This document shows, piece by piece, positions 38,746 through 48,128 of a stretch of DNA of 64,000 bases (positions are counted from its first letter, which is position 1; every line of letters starts with the position of its first letter). The stretch is taken from the NCBI GenBank assembly GCA_965216755.1, contig CBDCGL010000011.1, positions 3,488,001 to 3,552,000 on the forward strand, read 5' to 3'. This DNA comes from Alphaproteobacteria bacterium (GTDB lineage Bacteria > Pseudomonadota > Alphaproteobacteria > UBA7887). A model generated the notes under the pieces. The model ran no database searches. It was not told the origin of the DNA and saw only the letters and a program-made list of their open reading frames with translations. The position numbers and the translations under genes were made by a program.

Positions 38746-39369
38746 CTATTGGTCGCGCTTTTTCTCTTCGACAAGGGCGGCGATTTGGCGTTGCATGGCC
38801 TCGATCTGGCTCTGCAGCTCGGCTATTTTCTGCGCTGATTGGCTGCCGTGGTCGGCGGCCGCGGCGGTTTGTTGATCAGGGGCCCTATCGGACCCGTTCT
38901 GCACGCCTGCAAACGGTGCAAACATGTTCATCGCCCGCTGCATCATGGCGATATTCTGCTTGCCCCAATCCTGCAGTTGGTTGACCGGAAACAGATCACC
39001 AAAAGTATCTTGAATATAGCTCCGCATCTTCTCCTGATTGCGCGCGAAAGTTTGCATGCTGAATTCAAGGTATGATGGCACCAGAGCCCGCAAGCTGTCG
39101 TCGTAGAACGTGATCAAATGGCGCAAAAATCCGATCGGCAGCAGATTCTGGCCTTTGCTCTCCTCTTCGAAAATGATCTGAGTCAGCACCGAACGGGTGA
39201 TGTCCTCGCCGGTCTTTGCGTCATAGACGACGAAATCGACACCGTCTTTCACCATGCGGCACAAGTGGTCGAGAGTCACATAGCTGCTTGATGCGGTATT
39301 ATAGAGGCGGCGATTGGCGTATTTCTTGATGATCACCGGTTGGGATGTGTCGCCGCTCGACTCCGACAT
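38746..39369 (-). CDS. phaR: Polyhydroxyalkanoate synthesis repressor PhaR
   Basis: IIKKYANRRLYNT..SSYVTL, DAKTGEDITRSVLTQIIFEEE, LLPIGFLR. Confidence 0.96.
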   Translation of the reverse strand: MSESSGDTSQPVIIKKYANRRLYNTASSSYVTLDHLCRMVKDGVDFVVYDAKTGEDITRSVLTQIIFEEESKGQNLLPIGFLRHLITFYDDSLRALVPSYLEFSMQTFARNQEKMRSYIQDTFGDLFPVNQLQDWGKQNIAMMQRAMNMFAPFAGVQNGSDRAPDQQTAAAADHGSQSAQKIAELQSQIEAMQRQIAALVEEKKRDQ

Positions 39370-39544
39370 CGCAAAATCACCCTTTGTTACATTCTTCTGC
39401 CAATTGCGTTCCCTGGGCTGTAAGGCCGTTTGGCAGCACCTGCGCGCGGCGTCGACGACCGGCAAACCCATTGCGCATTTGCGAACCCGCTGCAGTTGCG
39501 CAAACACAAAAGCTAGCCTGACAGAACGAATATATGTCAACTTT

Positions 39545-39568
39545 TGCGATGCGGGAAGTTGCACCGCA
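39545..39568. promoter_or_regulatory. Putative PhaR-binding sites
   Basis: TGCGATGCG (39545-39553) and TGCACCGCA (39560-39568) match the TGC-N3-GCA type motif, in the divergent phaR intergenic region. Confidence 0.4.
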
Positions 39569-39662
39569 ATATGGCGGGAGATCGGTTCGATCATTCGGCG
39601 TCGTACTTTGAGATTCGCGAACGCATTGGCTGCGGCCAATGCGGCTGCGTATGATGTTGGTC

Positions 39663-39974
39663 ATGGGCGACTCGGATGCACTTTACGATCTTGCGCGGCG
39701 CTATCTAGATCTGTGGCAGGACTATGTCGACGGCATGCCGGCCGATGCCCTGTTTGCCGGGATGGTCGCCGCGCTGGAGGCCGACGATGACGGCGTCGAA
39801 CCCGGGACCGGCGCGGCTGGGGCCGCGACCACTGCCGCTGCATCTCGGGTTGGCGACGGGAACCTGGCTCAGCGCCCTGCCAAGTCTGCCGCTGGCGAAA
39901 GCACGGCACGTACCGTGGCGCGAACACCAACAAAGCCAAGCGGCGCAGCTGACAAAAGCCATCGACGCCGCTGA
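39663..39974 (+). CDS. Hypothetical protein overlapping the PhaC-like gene
   Basis: MGDSDALYDLARRYLDLWQDY amphipathic N-terminus; the last 188 nt overlap the next CDS in another frame. Confidence 0.5.
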   Translation: MGDSDALYDLARRYLDLWQDYVDGMPADALFAGMVAALEADDDGVEPGTGAAGAATTAAASRVGDGNLAQRPAKSAAGESTARTVARTPTKPSGAADKSHRRR

Positions 39975-41010
39975 CGACGCCGCCTTCGCGACCGCCCTGG
40001 CCAGCGAAATCGGCGATCGATTTGCCGAGATGACCGCCGGCATACAAGCCTATTGGGCCCATCCGTATCGCCGCCAGCCCGGATCGGAAGCTGTGGTGTG
40101 GTCGTCCGGCGCGGCGCGGGTCGTTGACTATGGCGCGTCCCGTGGCGGTGGTGTCCCCGCGCTGTTTGTGCCGTCGCTGATCAATCGCGGTTACATATTG
40201 GACCTGGCGCCGGACCGCAGCATGCTCGGCTATCTCGGCAACACCGGTGTTTGGCCGTTGTTGCTCGATTGGGGCGAACCGGGTGCCGCAGAGCAGGCGT
40301 TCGACCTTGACGCCTATGTCAATGCCCGGCTGATTCCGGCATGCGCGGCGGTCGCGGATTTATGCGGCCAGACTCCGGTTCTTGTCGGCTATTGCATGGG
40401 TGGTCTACTGGCCTTGGCGGCCGCTGTACAAAGGCCTGAGTTGGTGTCGCGGCTGGTCTTGTTGGCGACGCCCTGGGATTTCCACGTTGACGCGCCGGCG
40501 GTGCATTTGATGGCAAGACTCGGCCAGCGACTCGGCGCGACTTGGCCGCTGGATCAGCCGGTGCCCGTCGATATGTTGCAATCCTTCTTCGCCATGTTGA
40601 ATCCGGTGCGTGTCGCCAACAAGTTTCGTGCGTTCGGGCGTCTGCCGCCGAACAGCCCGCAGGCCGTGGCTTTCGTTCAAATAGAGGATTGGCTCAACGA
40701 CGGCGTGCCGTTGGCCGCGCCCGTCGCGCGCGCTTGTTTTGGTCAGTGGTATGGTGAAAATCGACCTGCGGGCGGTTGCTGGTGCGTGGGCGGCGAAGCG
40801 ATCCGCCCCGATCGCCTAACCCTGTCGACACTGGTCGTGTTGCCGGACCGCGATCGCATCGTACCGCCCGCGTCAGCGCGGGCCTTGGCCGACGCGCTGC
40901 CAAATCCGACCGTTTGGTCGCCGAATGCCGGCCATATTGGCATGGTCGCTGGTGCCCGCGCCAAATCAGGCTTGTGGCAGCCTTTGGCGGCGTGGTTGAA
41001 GGACAGCTAA
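39787..41010 (+). CDS. PHA synthase (class III PhaC)-like alpha/beta hydrolase
   Basis: VPSLINRGYILDL, DWG, lipase box GYCMGG, TPWDF, WLND, DRIVPP, GHIG. Confidence 0.85.
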   Translation: MTASNPGPARLGPRPLPLHLGLATGTWLSALPSLPLAKARHVPWREHQQSQAAQLTKAIDAADDAAFATALASEIGDRFAEMTAGIQAYWAHPYRRQPGSEAVVWSSGAARVVDYGASRGGGVPALFVPSLINRGYILDLAPDRSMLGYLGNTGVWPLLLDWGEPGAAEQAFDLDAYVNARLIPACAAVADLCGQTPVLVGYCMGGLLALAAAVQRPELVSRLVLLATPWDFHVDAPAVHLMARLGQRLGATWPLDQPVPVDMLQSFFAMLNPVRVANKFRAFGRLPPNSPQAVAFVQIEDWLNDGVPLAAPVARACFGQWYGENRPAGGCWCVGGEAIRPDRLTLSTLVVLPDRDRIVPPASARALADALPNPTVWSPNAGHIGMVAGARAKSGLWQPLAAWLKDS

Positions 41011-41032
41011 ATCACGACATTACGGTGCATTA

Positions 41033-41116
41033 CGGTGACAGTTTACTAAATACACCATATTTCGTGGATCTGTTATCCAGTCTACATTATGTTGTGTATT
41101 TAGTAAACTGTCACCG
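41033..41116. repeat. 84-bp palindromic REPIN/MITE-like element, copy 2
   Basis: Arms CGGTGACAGTTTACTAAATACAC (41033-41055 / 41094-41116); the inverted repeat extends to 41011-41128 with a tandem duplication of CATTACGGTG on the left. Confidence 0.85.
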
Positions 41117-41136
41117 TAATGTCGTGATGCCGCAAT

Positions 41137-41580
41137 CTAGCCGGTCGGCGCCCAATCCGGTGGCGCCATCTCGAAGCCCGCGAACTCGAACGCCGGCGCG
41201 ACCGTGCAGCCGACCAATGTCCACGCGCCGGTTGAAACCGCACTTTGCCAGGCGCCGACCGGCACAACCGCCTGCGGTTGTTCGCCGGCATCGAAATCCG
41301 TGCCCAAGGCGACCGTGCTGGTGGCGACACCGTCTTGGGAGACCGACAGCTGTAGCGCCGCGCCGGCATGAAAATGCCAAATCTCGGTGGCATCGATGCG
41401 GTGCCAGTGCGACCGCTCACCGGCTTTCAGCAGATAATAGATCGCGGTGACTGCGGCCCGGCGACCAGGAACCGACGGGCTGCGCAAGATTTCGCGGTAG
41501 TGGCCGCCTTCGGGATGCGGCCGCAAATCAAGGGCCGCGATAACGCTGTTGGCGTTTAGGTTGACCGGGTCGTCGGCCAT
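41137..41580 (-). CDS. Cupin domain protein (DUF985/cupin_5)
   Basis: LRPHPEGGHYRE, TAIYYLL, SHWHR, EIWHFHAG, GCTVAPAFEF. Confidence 0.92.
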   Translation of the reverse strand: MADDPVNLNANSVIAALDLRPHPEGGHYREILRSPSVPGRRAAVTAIYYLLKAGERSHWHRIDATEIWHFHAGAALQLSVSQDGVATSTVALGTDFDAGEQPQAVVPVGAWQSAVSTGAWTLVGCTVAPAFEFAGFEMAPPDWAPTG

Positions 41581-42266
41581 CAACGCAAATTGGCTTGGAT
41601 TTGGCTTTGCAATTTCGCCTCGGGCGCTTTCGACGATGCGTCGGCGGCAACCGGCTTGGTCGCGGCCATCGAGGGGCGCGCCTCGAATTCCTTGAACCAT
41701 TTGGCCAGCGCGGGCCGGGACAAATGCCAGGGCCGCGCACGAAATCGGTCACTGAGGAAACCAAGCGCGCAGCCGATGGTGATCAACCCGATATCGATTC
41801 CGTCACCGAACGTGTCGGCTTCCGCGTCGAGTTGGTCTAGCCCGCGATCGATCTTGGCCTGCTGATGGCGCAACCAGCCCGGAATCTGCACGGCCTGCGG
41901 CCGGCGATATTCGATCACGATCAAATGGGCGGCGTTGATAATCTCATCGCCCAAGGCGGCGCGCCGCAGCGCCGTCCACCGCGCCGGCCCGGCCGCCTGA
42001 AACAACTTTGGCGTGCCGTCCAGTTGGTCCAGATATTCACAGATCACCGCGCTGTCATAGAGCGGCGTTCCGTCATCGGTGATCAATGTCGGGATTTTGG
42101 CGATCGGATTCACGTCGGGCAGCGCATTGTCCGGCCCGGTCAGTGTGACATCGGCGATGCGCGTGTCGGTGGGGATCAGGGTGATCCGATCATCGAGCCC
42201 GCATTCGGCGGCAACCACCGCCACTTTGCGCACCCAGGGTGAATTGCTTGATGAGTAAAGCTTCAC
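41580..42266 (-). CDS. Glutathione S-transferase family protein
   Basis: SPWVRKV, NPIAKIPTL, LYDSAVICEYLD; GTG start assumed. Confidence 0.88.
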   Translation of the reverse strand: MKLYSSSNSPWVRKVAVVAAECGLDDRITLIPTDTRIADVTLTGPDNALPDVNPIAKIPTLITDDGTPLYDSAVICEYLDQLDGTPKLFQAAGPARWTALRRAALGDEIINAAHLIVIEYRRPQAVQIPGWLRHQQAKIDRGLDQLDAEADTFGDGIDIGLITIGCALGFLSDRFRARPWHLSRPALAKWFKEFEARPSMAATKPVAADASSKAPEAKLQSQIQANLR

Positions 42267-42410
42267 GACGCGTGTTCCCGGCTCCATATCGATTATGATC
42301 AGCTTCGGCGCCGCGTCCGGCACCATGTCATGTTTAGCATGGGCCTTGGCTTTCGGCTACGTGGCGACGCCACCTGCGCGTCCCGAAATCAAGGCATTCT
42401 TGATCGTCTT

Positions 42411-43166
42411 ATGTGGCTCGACGTTTCGGATCTGCTCCGCTTTTACCGTTCGCCTCTTGGTCAGGTCGCGCAGCGGCTGATCCGCCAACGGATTCGGGAG
42501 ATGTGGCCAGACGTGACCGGGAGCCGGGTTCTGGCTTTGGGCTATGGCACTCCTTATCTGCGACCATTGCTGGGTGCGGCTGAACGCGCCGTCGCGATAA
42601 TGCCGGCGGTGCAAGGTGTGACCCGCTGGCCGCGCGAAGGCCCGAGCCTGGTGACGCTGGCTGAAGAAACGGCCTTGCCTTTCGCCGATAACGCGTTTGA
42701 TCGCATCATCTTGGTGCACGCGCTCGAATCAAGCGAACAGCTGCGGCCAATGTTGCGCGAAACATGGCGCGTCTTGGCGGCCAGCGGACGTTTGATGGTG
42801 ATCGTTCCCAATCGGCGCGGCCTATGGGCCCGGCTGGAACGGACGCCATTTGGCCACGGCCATCCCTACAGTCCGCGACAATTGGATCGGTTGCTGACCG
42901 GGTGCATGTTTTTGCCGACCCGTCACGAAGCCGCGTTGTATATGCCGCCCAGTCGTTGGCGCATGATTCTCAGGTTGGCGGCTGCCTGGGAACGGTTGGG
43001 TACCCGTTGGCTGCTGCCATTTTCCGGTGTGATTTTGACCGAAGCAGAGAAACAGGTCTATGCGGCAATCGGCGCGCGCACGGCCGAGCGTGCGGTCAAA
43101 GCCCGGACGGTGGCTGCGTCGAACCGTTCGTGGCGTCTGACACGCCATGTGCGCCGTTTCGACTAA
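42411..43166 (+). CDS. Class I SAM-dependent methyltransferase (type 11)
   Basis: MWLDV..L..FY.SPLG, LGYGTPYL, LPF, VPNRRGLWAR.ERTPFGHG.PYS. Confidence 0.88.
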   Translation: MWLDVSDLLRFYRSPLGQVAQRLIRQRIREMWPDVTGSRVLALGYGTPYLRPLLGAAERAVAIMPAVQGVTRWPREGPSLVTLAEETALPFADNAFDRIILVHALESSEQLRPMLRETWRVLAASGRLMVIVPNRRGLWARLERTPFGHGHPYSPRQLDRLLTGCMFLPTRHEAALYMPPSRWRMILRLAAAWERLGTRWLLPFSGVILTEAEKQVYAAIGARTAERAVKARTVAASNRSWRLTRHVRRFD

Positions 43167-43812
43167 GCAAGAACACGCCTTGTTCGCCAAGCAGGTTCGA
43201 AAGAACGCCTGAGGCACGTAGACCGCTGAGCGAGCCCTCGTTGTTCAGGGCGTGACTGCGGACAATGGTCAGCCCATTGATCTCGCAGGTTTCGATGAAG
43301 TCCCGAATCGTACAGAAATGAATGTTCTGGGTGCCGTGCCAGGGCAGCGGCAGGGTCGACGTCACCGGCATTCGGCCGCGGGTCAGCAATTGCAGGCGGC
43401 ATCGCCAATGGCCGAAATTGGGAAACGAGACGATGGCGTAACGGCCGATGCGAATCAGCTCCAACAGCACAGTCAGTGGATGTCGTGTGGTCTGCAGGGT
43501 CTGGCTCAAGACGATAAAATCGAATGATCCGTCGGGATATGTCTTGAGGTCGGTGTCGGCGTCGCCTTGAATCACCGACAAGCCTTGCCGCAAGCAAGCT
43601 TGCACACCGTCTTGGCTGAGTTCCAGGCCGCGACCGTCCACATCTTTTTCGCGCACCAGAAGGCGTAGCAGGGCGCCATCGCTACATCCGACATCCAACA
43701 CGCGCGCGCCTGGGGAAATCATACTGGCGATCAGTTGGTGATCGACACGCACAGTTTCGTGGTTGCTGTTGCCGGTCGTGCTCGCCGGCGCGGTGGCGGT
43801 GGCCGCGGTCAT
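43096..43812 (-). CDS. metW: Methionine biosynthesis protein MetW
   Basis: [49 protein letters not shown]. Confidence 0.93.
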   Translation of the reverse strand: MTAATATAPASTTGNSNHETVRVDHQLIASMISPGARVLDVGCSDGALLRLLVREKDVDGRGLELSQDGVQACLRQGLSVIQGDADTDLKTYPDGSFDFIVLSQTLQTTRHPLTVLLELIRIGRYAIVSFPNFGHWRCRLQLLTRGRMPVTSTLPLPWHGTQNIHFCTIRDFIETCEINGLTIVRSHALNNEGSLSGLRASGVLSNLLGEQGVFLLSRNGAHGVSDATNGSTQPPSGL

Positions 43813-44972
43813 GGCTGCGGCAGCCGGCATTGCGCCGCGGCGCCGTTCAAGAATCCCTGCATCACCGCCAAAAACTCGGGTTCATCGAGCAAGAAGCTGT
43901 CATGGCCCTTGTCGGTCTCGATTTCAACAAAGCTGACATTGGCGGCGTTGGCATTGAGCGCGCGCACGATCGAACGGCTTTCGGCCGTCGGAAAAAGCCA
44001 ATCGCTGGAAAACGACACCAACAGAAAGCGGACCGGGGTGTCTTTGAAGGCGGCGGCCAAGGAACCGTGGTCGGCGGCCAAGTCGAAATAATCCATGGCC
44101 CGGGTGATGAAGAGATAGGAGTTGGCGTCGAACCGCTCGACAAATGTGCTGCCCTGGTGGCGCAGATAGCTTTCGACCTGGAATTCGGCTTCGAAGCCGT
44201 AGGTGAGCTGTTGGCTATCTTGCAGCATGCGCCCGAACTTGCGGTGAAAGGCGGCGTCAGAAAGGTAGGTGATATGGGCAACCATGCGCGCCACCGCCAA
44301 ACCTTGATGGGGCGTTTCACCTTGGGCGGCATAGTTTCCCTTATGCCACATCGGGTCAGACATGATCGCTTGGCGGCCGACCTCGTGAAAGGCGATATTT
44401 TGGGCCGTATGGCGTGCCGATGCTGCGATCGGGATGGCGGTATAGACGCGATCGGGAAAACGCGCCGCCCATTCCAGGGCCTGCATGCCGCCCATGGACC
44501 CGCCGACCACGCTGAACAGTTTTTCAATGCCCAAATAATCAAGCAGAAGCGCCTGGGCGCGCACGATGTCGCCGATGGTGATCACCGGGAAATCCAAGTC
44601 GTAGGCCTTGCCGGTCTTGGGGTTCTTTGTGCGCGGCCCCACGGAACCCATACAGCCGCCGAGCACGTTTGAGCAAATGATGAAATAGCGATCCGTGTCG
44701 AACAACCGACCCGGGCCGACCAGATGGTCCCACCATCCGGGGCGGCCGGTCATGGGATGGTTGCCGGCAACATATTGGTCGCCGGTCAGGGCGTGACAAA
44801 TCAAAATGGCATTGGAGCGGCCAGGATTGAGTGTGCCATAGGTCTGATATGCCATGTCGAACGGCCCAAGCGGTTGACCGCAATCCAGCAGCATCGGTTC
44901 CGGATCGCCAAGCCGGGCGATCGGATGATGCGTGATGTCGGTGCGCAAAGGCTGGTCGGATATGATCGTCAC
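43809..44972 (-). CDS. metX: Homoserine O-acetyltransferase
   Basis: [43 protein letters not shown]. Confidence 0.95.
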   Translation of the reverse strand: MTIISDQPLRTDITHHPIARLGDPEPMLLDCGQPLGPFDMAYQTYGTLNPGRSNAILICHALTGDQYVAGNHPMTGRPGWWDHLVGPGRLFDTDRYFIICSNVLGGCMGSVGPRTKNPKTGKAYDLDFPVITIGDIVRAQALLLDYLGIEKLFSVVGGSMGGMQALEWAARFPDRVYTAIPIAASARHTAQNIAFHEVGRQAIMSDPMWHKGNYAAQGETPHQGLAVARMVAHITYLSDAAFHRKFGRMLQDSQQLTYGFEAEFQVESYLRHQGSTFVERFDANSYLFITRAMDYFDLAADHGSLAAAFKDTPVRFLLVSFSSDWLFPTAESRSIVRALNANAANVSFVEIETDKGHDSFLLDEPEFLAVMQGFLNGAAAQCRLPQP

Positions 44973-45076
44973 ACAAATATTCCCTTCCGCGCCGCCTCTG
45001 CCACCGGCGGCCGGATCAAGATTTTCGGCGCGCCGTCAGGACGCTCGGACGGCACACATAATACTAACCCGATGAC

Positions 45077-45161
45077 CTAGAACAGTATCCAACAATATTG
45101 AGCCAGTTCTGTGGGCACCCGCCGGTCGCCGACAGAACTGGCTCAATAATCGTGGATACTG
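45077..45161. repeat. Long imperfect palindrome (CTAG-ended miniature repeat family)
   Basis: 30-bp arms 45083-45112 / 45132-45161 (27/30 complementary); related half copies at 19832-19851 and 6381-6396. Confidence 0.7.
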
Positions 45162-45270
45162 CTTTGCAAAGGACGACGCGTATCTGTCAACGACTTCTTT
45201 GCATTTGGCGGGGTGCGTGCTATGAGCGCCTGCTGGTCGCCGGTGCGGCCGCACAGCCGGATCTTCAAGG

Positions 45271-46149
45271 ATGAACGAGACGGAAAACCTTAAAAAACTG
45301 CGCGCCGAAATCGACGCGATCGACGACCAGATCCACGACTTGCTCATGCGGCGGACAGAGGTCGTCCTCAAGGTCGGCGCCCTCAAACGCGGCAGTGGGG
45401 CTGCCGGGCTGGCGCTGCGCCCGGGTCGCGAGGCGGCCATTTTGCGCCGGTTGGCGACGCGGCATCAGGGGCCCTTTCCCGCCCCCGTGATGGTGCGGAT
45501 TTGGCGCGAGCTGTTGTCGGCGCAGGTCTCGATTCAGAGCGATTTCTCGGTGGTCGCGTTCGCGCCGGAAGGCCTTAATGTTTATCGCGATTTGGCGCGC
45601 GACCAATTTGGCGCGACCACACCGCTGCGTACGCGGCCGTCGGTGATGCAGGTCTTGACCATGGTCGACGAGGGCGCGGCATCGGTGGGGGTGTTGCCAA
45701 TGCCGGTGGGGGAGCGTCAGGATCCGTGGTGGCGCGGGCTTGTTGCTGCCGATTCCGAGGCGCCGCAAATCATCGCACGGTTGCCATTTTACGAAGCGAC
45801 GCCGGATGCCGCCGACCAGCCGTCGGCCTTGGTGATTGCGCGCACCGATCCGGATCCGACCGGCGATGACATCACCATGATCGCCGTAGAGGTCCAGGGC
45901 AGCATCAGCCGCGATCGCGTGCGTGGCGCGTTTGCCGCCCACCAGCTTGCGGTGTCGTGGGTTGGCGCCTGGAACGACCCCGACGACCCTGACCATGCGA
46001 TGCATCTGTTGGCGGTTGACCGCTTTGTTGGCCGAAATGAGCCGCGCTTGACCGCCATCCGCGAGGAATTAGGCAGCGATGCCGTGGTCATCCGGTCGCT
46101 CGGCGGTTATGCCCGACCGCTTGCCGCCGGCGAAGATCCCTCTGGCTGA
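45271..46149 (+). CDS. Chorismate mutase with a C-terminal prephenate dehydratase-like region
   Basis: LRAEIDAIDDQIHDLLMRR, RPGREA.ILRRL, WREL, ARDQFG, PWW, LGGYA. Confidence 0.88.
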   Translation: MNETENLKKLRAEIDAIDDQIHDLLMRRTEVVLKVGALKRGSGAAGLALRPGREAAILRRLATRHQGPFPAPVMVRIWRELLSAQVSIQSDFSVVAFAPEGLNVYRDLARDQFGATTPLRTRPSVMQVLTMVDEGAASVGVLPMPVGERQDPWWRGLVAADSEAPQIIARLPFYEATPDAADQPSALVIARTDPDPTGDDITMIAVEVQGSISRDRVRGAFAAHQLAVSWVGAWNDPDDPDHAMHLLAVDRFVGRNEPRLTAIREELGSDAVVIRSLGGYARPLAAGEDPSG

Positions 46150-46153
46150 ACGG

Positions 46154-47041
46154 ATGGCACAGCCGCCCCTATTTCGACGCGTGGCTCTGCTCGGCCTGGG
46201 GCTGATTGGCAGTTCGCTCGCCCGCGTCATACGCCAGGAACATTTGGCGGAGACGGTCATCGGCTATGCGCGCAGCGCGGCGACGCGGCAGAAGGCGATG
46301 AATCTAAAGATCGTGTCCGCGGTTGCTGAAACAGCCGAGGCGGCAGTTCAAGACTGCGACTTGGTTGTGCTGTGTGCCCCGGTCGGTGCGAACCAGGCGC
46401 TGGCCCAGGCGATCGGGCCGCATCTTGCGCCTGGCGCCATTGTTAGCGATGTCGGTTCTGTCAAACAGGCAGTGATTGCCGCGGTGGCGCCGCACCTTCC
46501 GGCACACGCCAGTTTGGTGCCCGCCCACCCGATCGCGGGAACCGAGCATTCTGGGCCGGAAGCGGGTTTCGCGTCGTTGTTCAAGGGCCGCTGGTGCGTC
46601 ATCACGCCGCCGCCGGATACGGATCCGCAAGCTGTCGACAAGATCGGCGCGCTGTGGCAGCGGGCGGGCAGCATGGTCGACGTGATGTCGGCGGAACATC
46701 ACGATTTGGTTCTGGCCATCACCTCGCATATCCCCCATTTGATCGCTTACAACATTGTCGGCACCGTCGCCGATTTGGAGGACGATACCAAGCTTGAGGT
46801 GATCAAATATGCGGCCAGCGGATTTCGCGATTTCACCCGCATTGCCGCCTCTGATCCGGTCATGTGGCGCGATGTGTTCATAAACAACCGCGAGGCGGTT
46901 TTAGAAATGCTGGGCCGTTTCAGTGAAGACCTGTCGCGCTTGCAACGGGCGGTGCGGCGCGGCGATGGTGACACCTTGGAAGAGATGTTTCGGCGCACGC
47001 GCAGCATTCGCCGGGATGTGGTCGACGCCAAGCAGGCGTAG
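46154..47041 (+). CDS. tyrC: Prephenate/arogenate (cyclohexadienyl) dehydrogenase
   Basis: GLGLIGSS, DVGSVK, HPIAGTEHSG, HD..LA.TSH.PH, GFRDFTRIAASDP.MWRD. Confidence 0.93.
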   Translation: MAQPPLFRRVALLGLGLIGSSLARVIRQEHLAETVIGYARSAATRQKAMNLKIVSAVAETAEAAVQDCDLVVLCAPVGANQALAQAIGPHLAPGAIVSDVGSVKQAVIAAVAPHLPAHASLVPAHPIAGTEHSGPEAGFASLFKGRWCVITPPPDTDPQAVDKIGALWQRAGSMVDVMSAEHHDLVLAITSHIPHLIAYNIVGTVADLEDDTKLEVIKYAASGFRDFTRIAASDPVMWRDVFINNREAVLEMLGRFSEDLSRLQRAVRRGDGDTLEEMFRRTRSIRRDVVDAKQA

Positions 47042-47043
47042 GC

Positions 47044-48102
47044 CTATTGCAGCGCGCTGGTGAGCGACGGCAATGCCACCAGCGGCACTGGCCCCAGGAA
47101 TAGCGCGCCGTCGCGGGCGGTGAGCGGCAACTCAACAAAAGGCGCTTCGCCGTTCGCATCTTCTTGCGTTGCCAGCGCGATGACCAGGTCGAGTGCCGTC
47201 GCGCCGTCGTCACTGATCAGCCCGCGTTGGTGGAGGTCTCGGACGAGCGCGGTGGCACCGCGGATACGCGCGGTCAGTTCGCCGGCCGGGCGAAGCCCCT
47301 CATCCAAGCTTAGAATTCCGCGTGCCCGCGCGTCGACTTTGCCCCAGAGAATGTCGGCCTGCCGAACTTGCAGCTGACCGCCGGCGCCGCGCCACGCGCG
47401 CAAGGCGGGCGCCGACAGGGCATTTGGCGCCGGCCCGGTGAGCAACAGGTCGGCGGTCACAGCGGCAATATCCGCGCCCAGCGCGCCGGCCAACGCGGGC
47501 GGCAGCGCAAGGTTGTCCAGGCGTATGACGGTCTGGATTGGTATCTCCGCGATTGTGCCATTGTCGCCGCCGTCGCCACCGGGTGAGGTGACCAGGCGTG
47601 CATGAAGTTGCGCCCGACCGAGCCGATAAGTGGCCCCGTGGGCCGGGTTGGCAATCGTCGCGTCGCCAATATCGACGGCCAGCTCACGGACTTGACGCGT
47701 GCCGTCCAGCCTCAAGCTGGCCAGGGCGCGTTGTGGCTGAATGTCGAGATCGGTTCGCGTATCGCCGCTGCCGATGTGCAGCGTGCTGGGGCCGCGCACG
47801 CGGCCGATCCAGCGTTTGAGATTCCAAGGCTGGGCGACAACATCGACGCGTTGTCCGCGCCACTGCCATGGCCGCGCAATGTTCGGCGCGGCGACAGTCA
47901 GGACGTCGGTCGCCGCGCTGAGGCGATAGGGATAGCCGGTGATGTTGAGCCCTGTCGGTTCAACATGTATGCCTTGTGCGTGCCACGCGGCGATTTGCCG
48001 CGCGGCGCCGGCGCGCAGCTGGTCGGAGAGTATCCACCAATAGGCGCTATAGCCCGCGGCGCCGAGGCCCAAAGCCGCGAAGATCAGGATGATTCGAAAC
48101 AC
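47044..48102 (-). CDS. DUF2125 domain protein
   Basis: N-terminal TM with YSAYWW, GYPYRL, AQPWN, C-terminal LTARDG..FLGPVPL; divergent from chaC. Confidence 0.75.
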   Translation of the reverse strand: MFRIILIFAALGLGAAGYSAYWWILSDQLRAGAARQIAAWHAQGIHVEPTGLNITGYPYRLSAATDVLTVAAPNIARPWQWRGQRVDVVAQPWNLKRWIGRVRGPSTLHIGSGDTRTDLDIQPQRALASLRLDGTRQVRELAVDIGDATIANPAHGATYRLGRAQLHARLVTSPGGDGGDNGTIAEIPIQTVIRLDNLALPPALAGALGADIAAVTADLLLTGPAPNALSAPALRAWRGAGGQLQVRQADILWGKVDARARGILSLDEGLRPAGELTARIRGATALVRDLHQRGLISDDGATALDLVIALATQEDANGEAPFVELPLTARDGALFLGPVPLVALPSLTSALQ

Positions 48103-48128
48103 TGTGTCAGTATTCGCTTTCTAGCCCC

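Noticed and set aside
28590-41116. Reading the two 84-bp elements as CRISPR repeats, integron attC sites or dif sites
   Set aside because: The arms are inverted rather than direct and there is no array or cas gene; no RYYYAAC/GTTRRRY ends or integrase; no 11-6-11 XerC/XerD layout.
44973-45270. SAM riboswitch upstream of metX
   Set aside because: I could not identify SAM-II or SAM-SAH consensus elements by eye; the visible structure is the repeat-family palindrome. An Infernal search would settle it.
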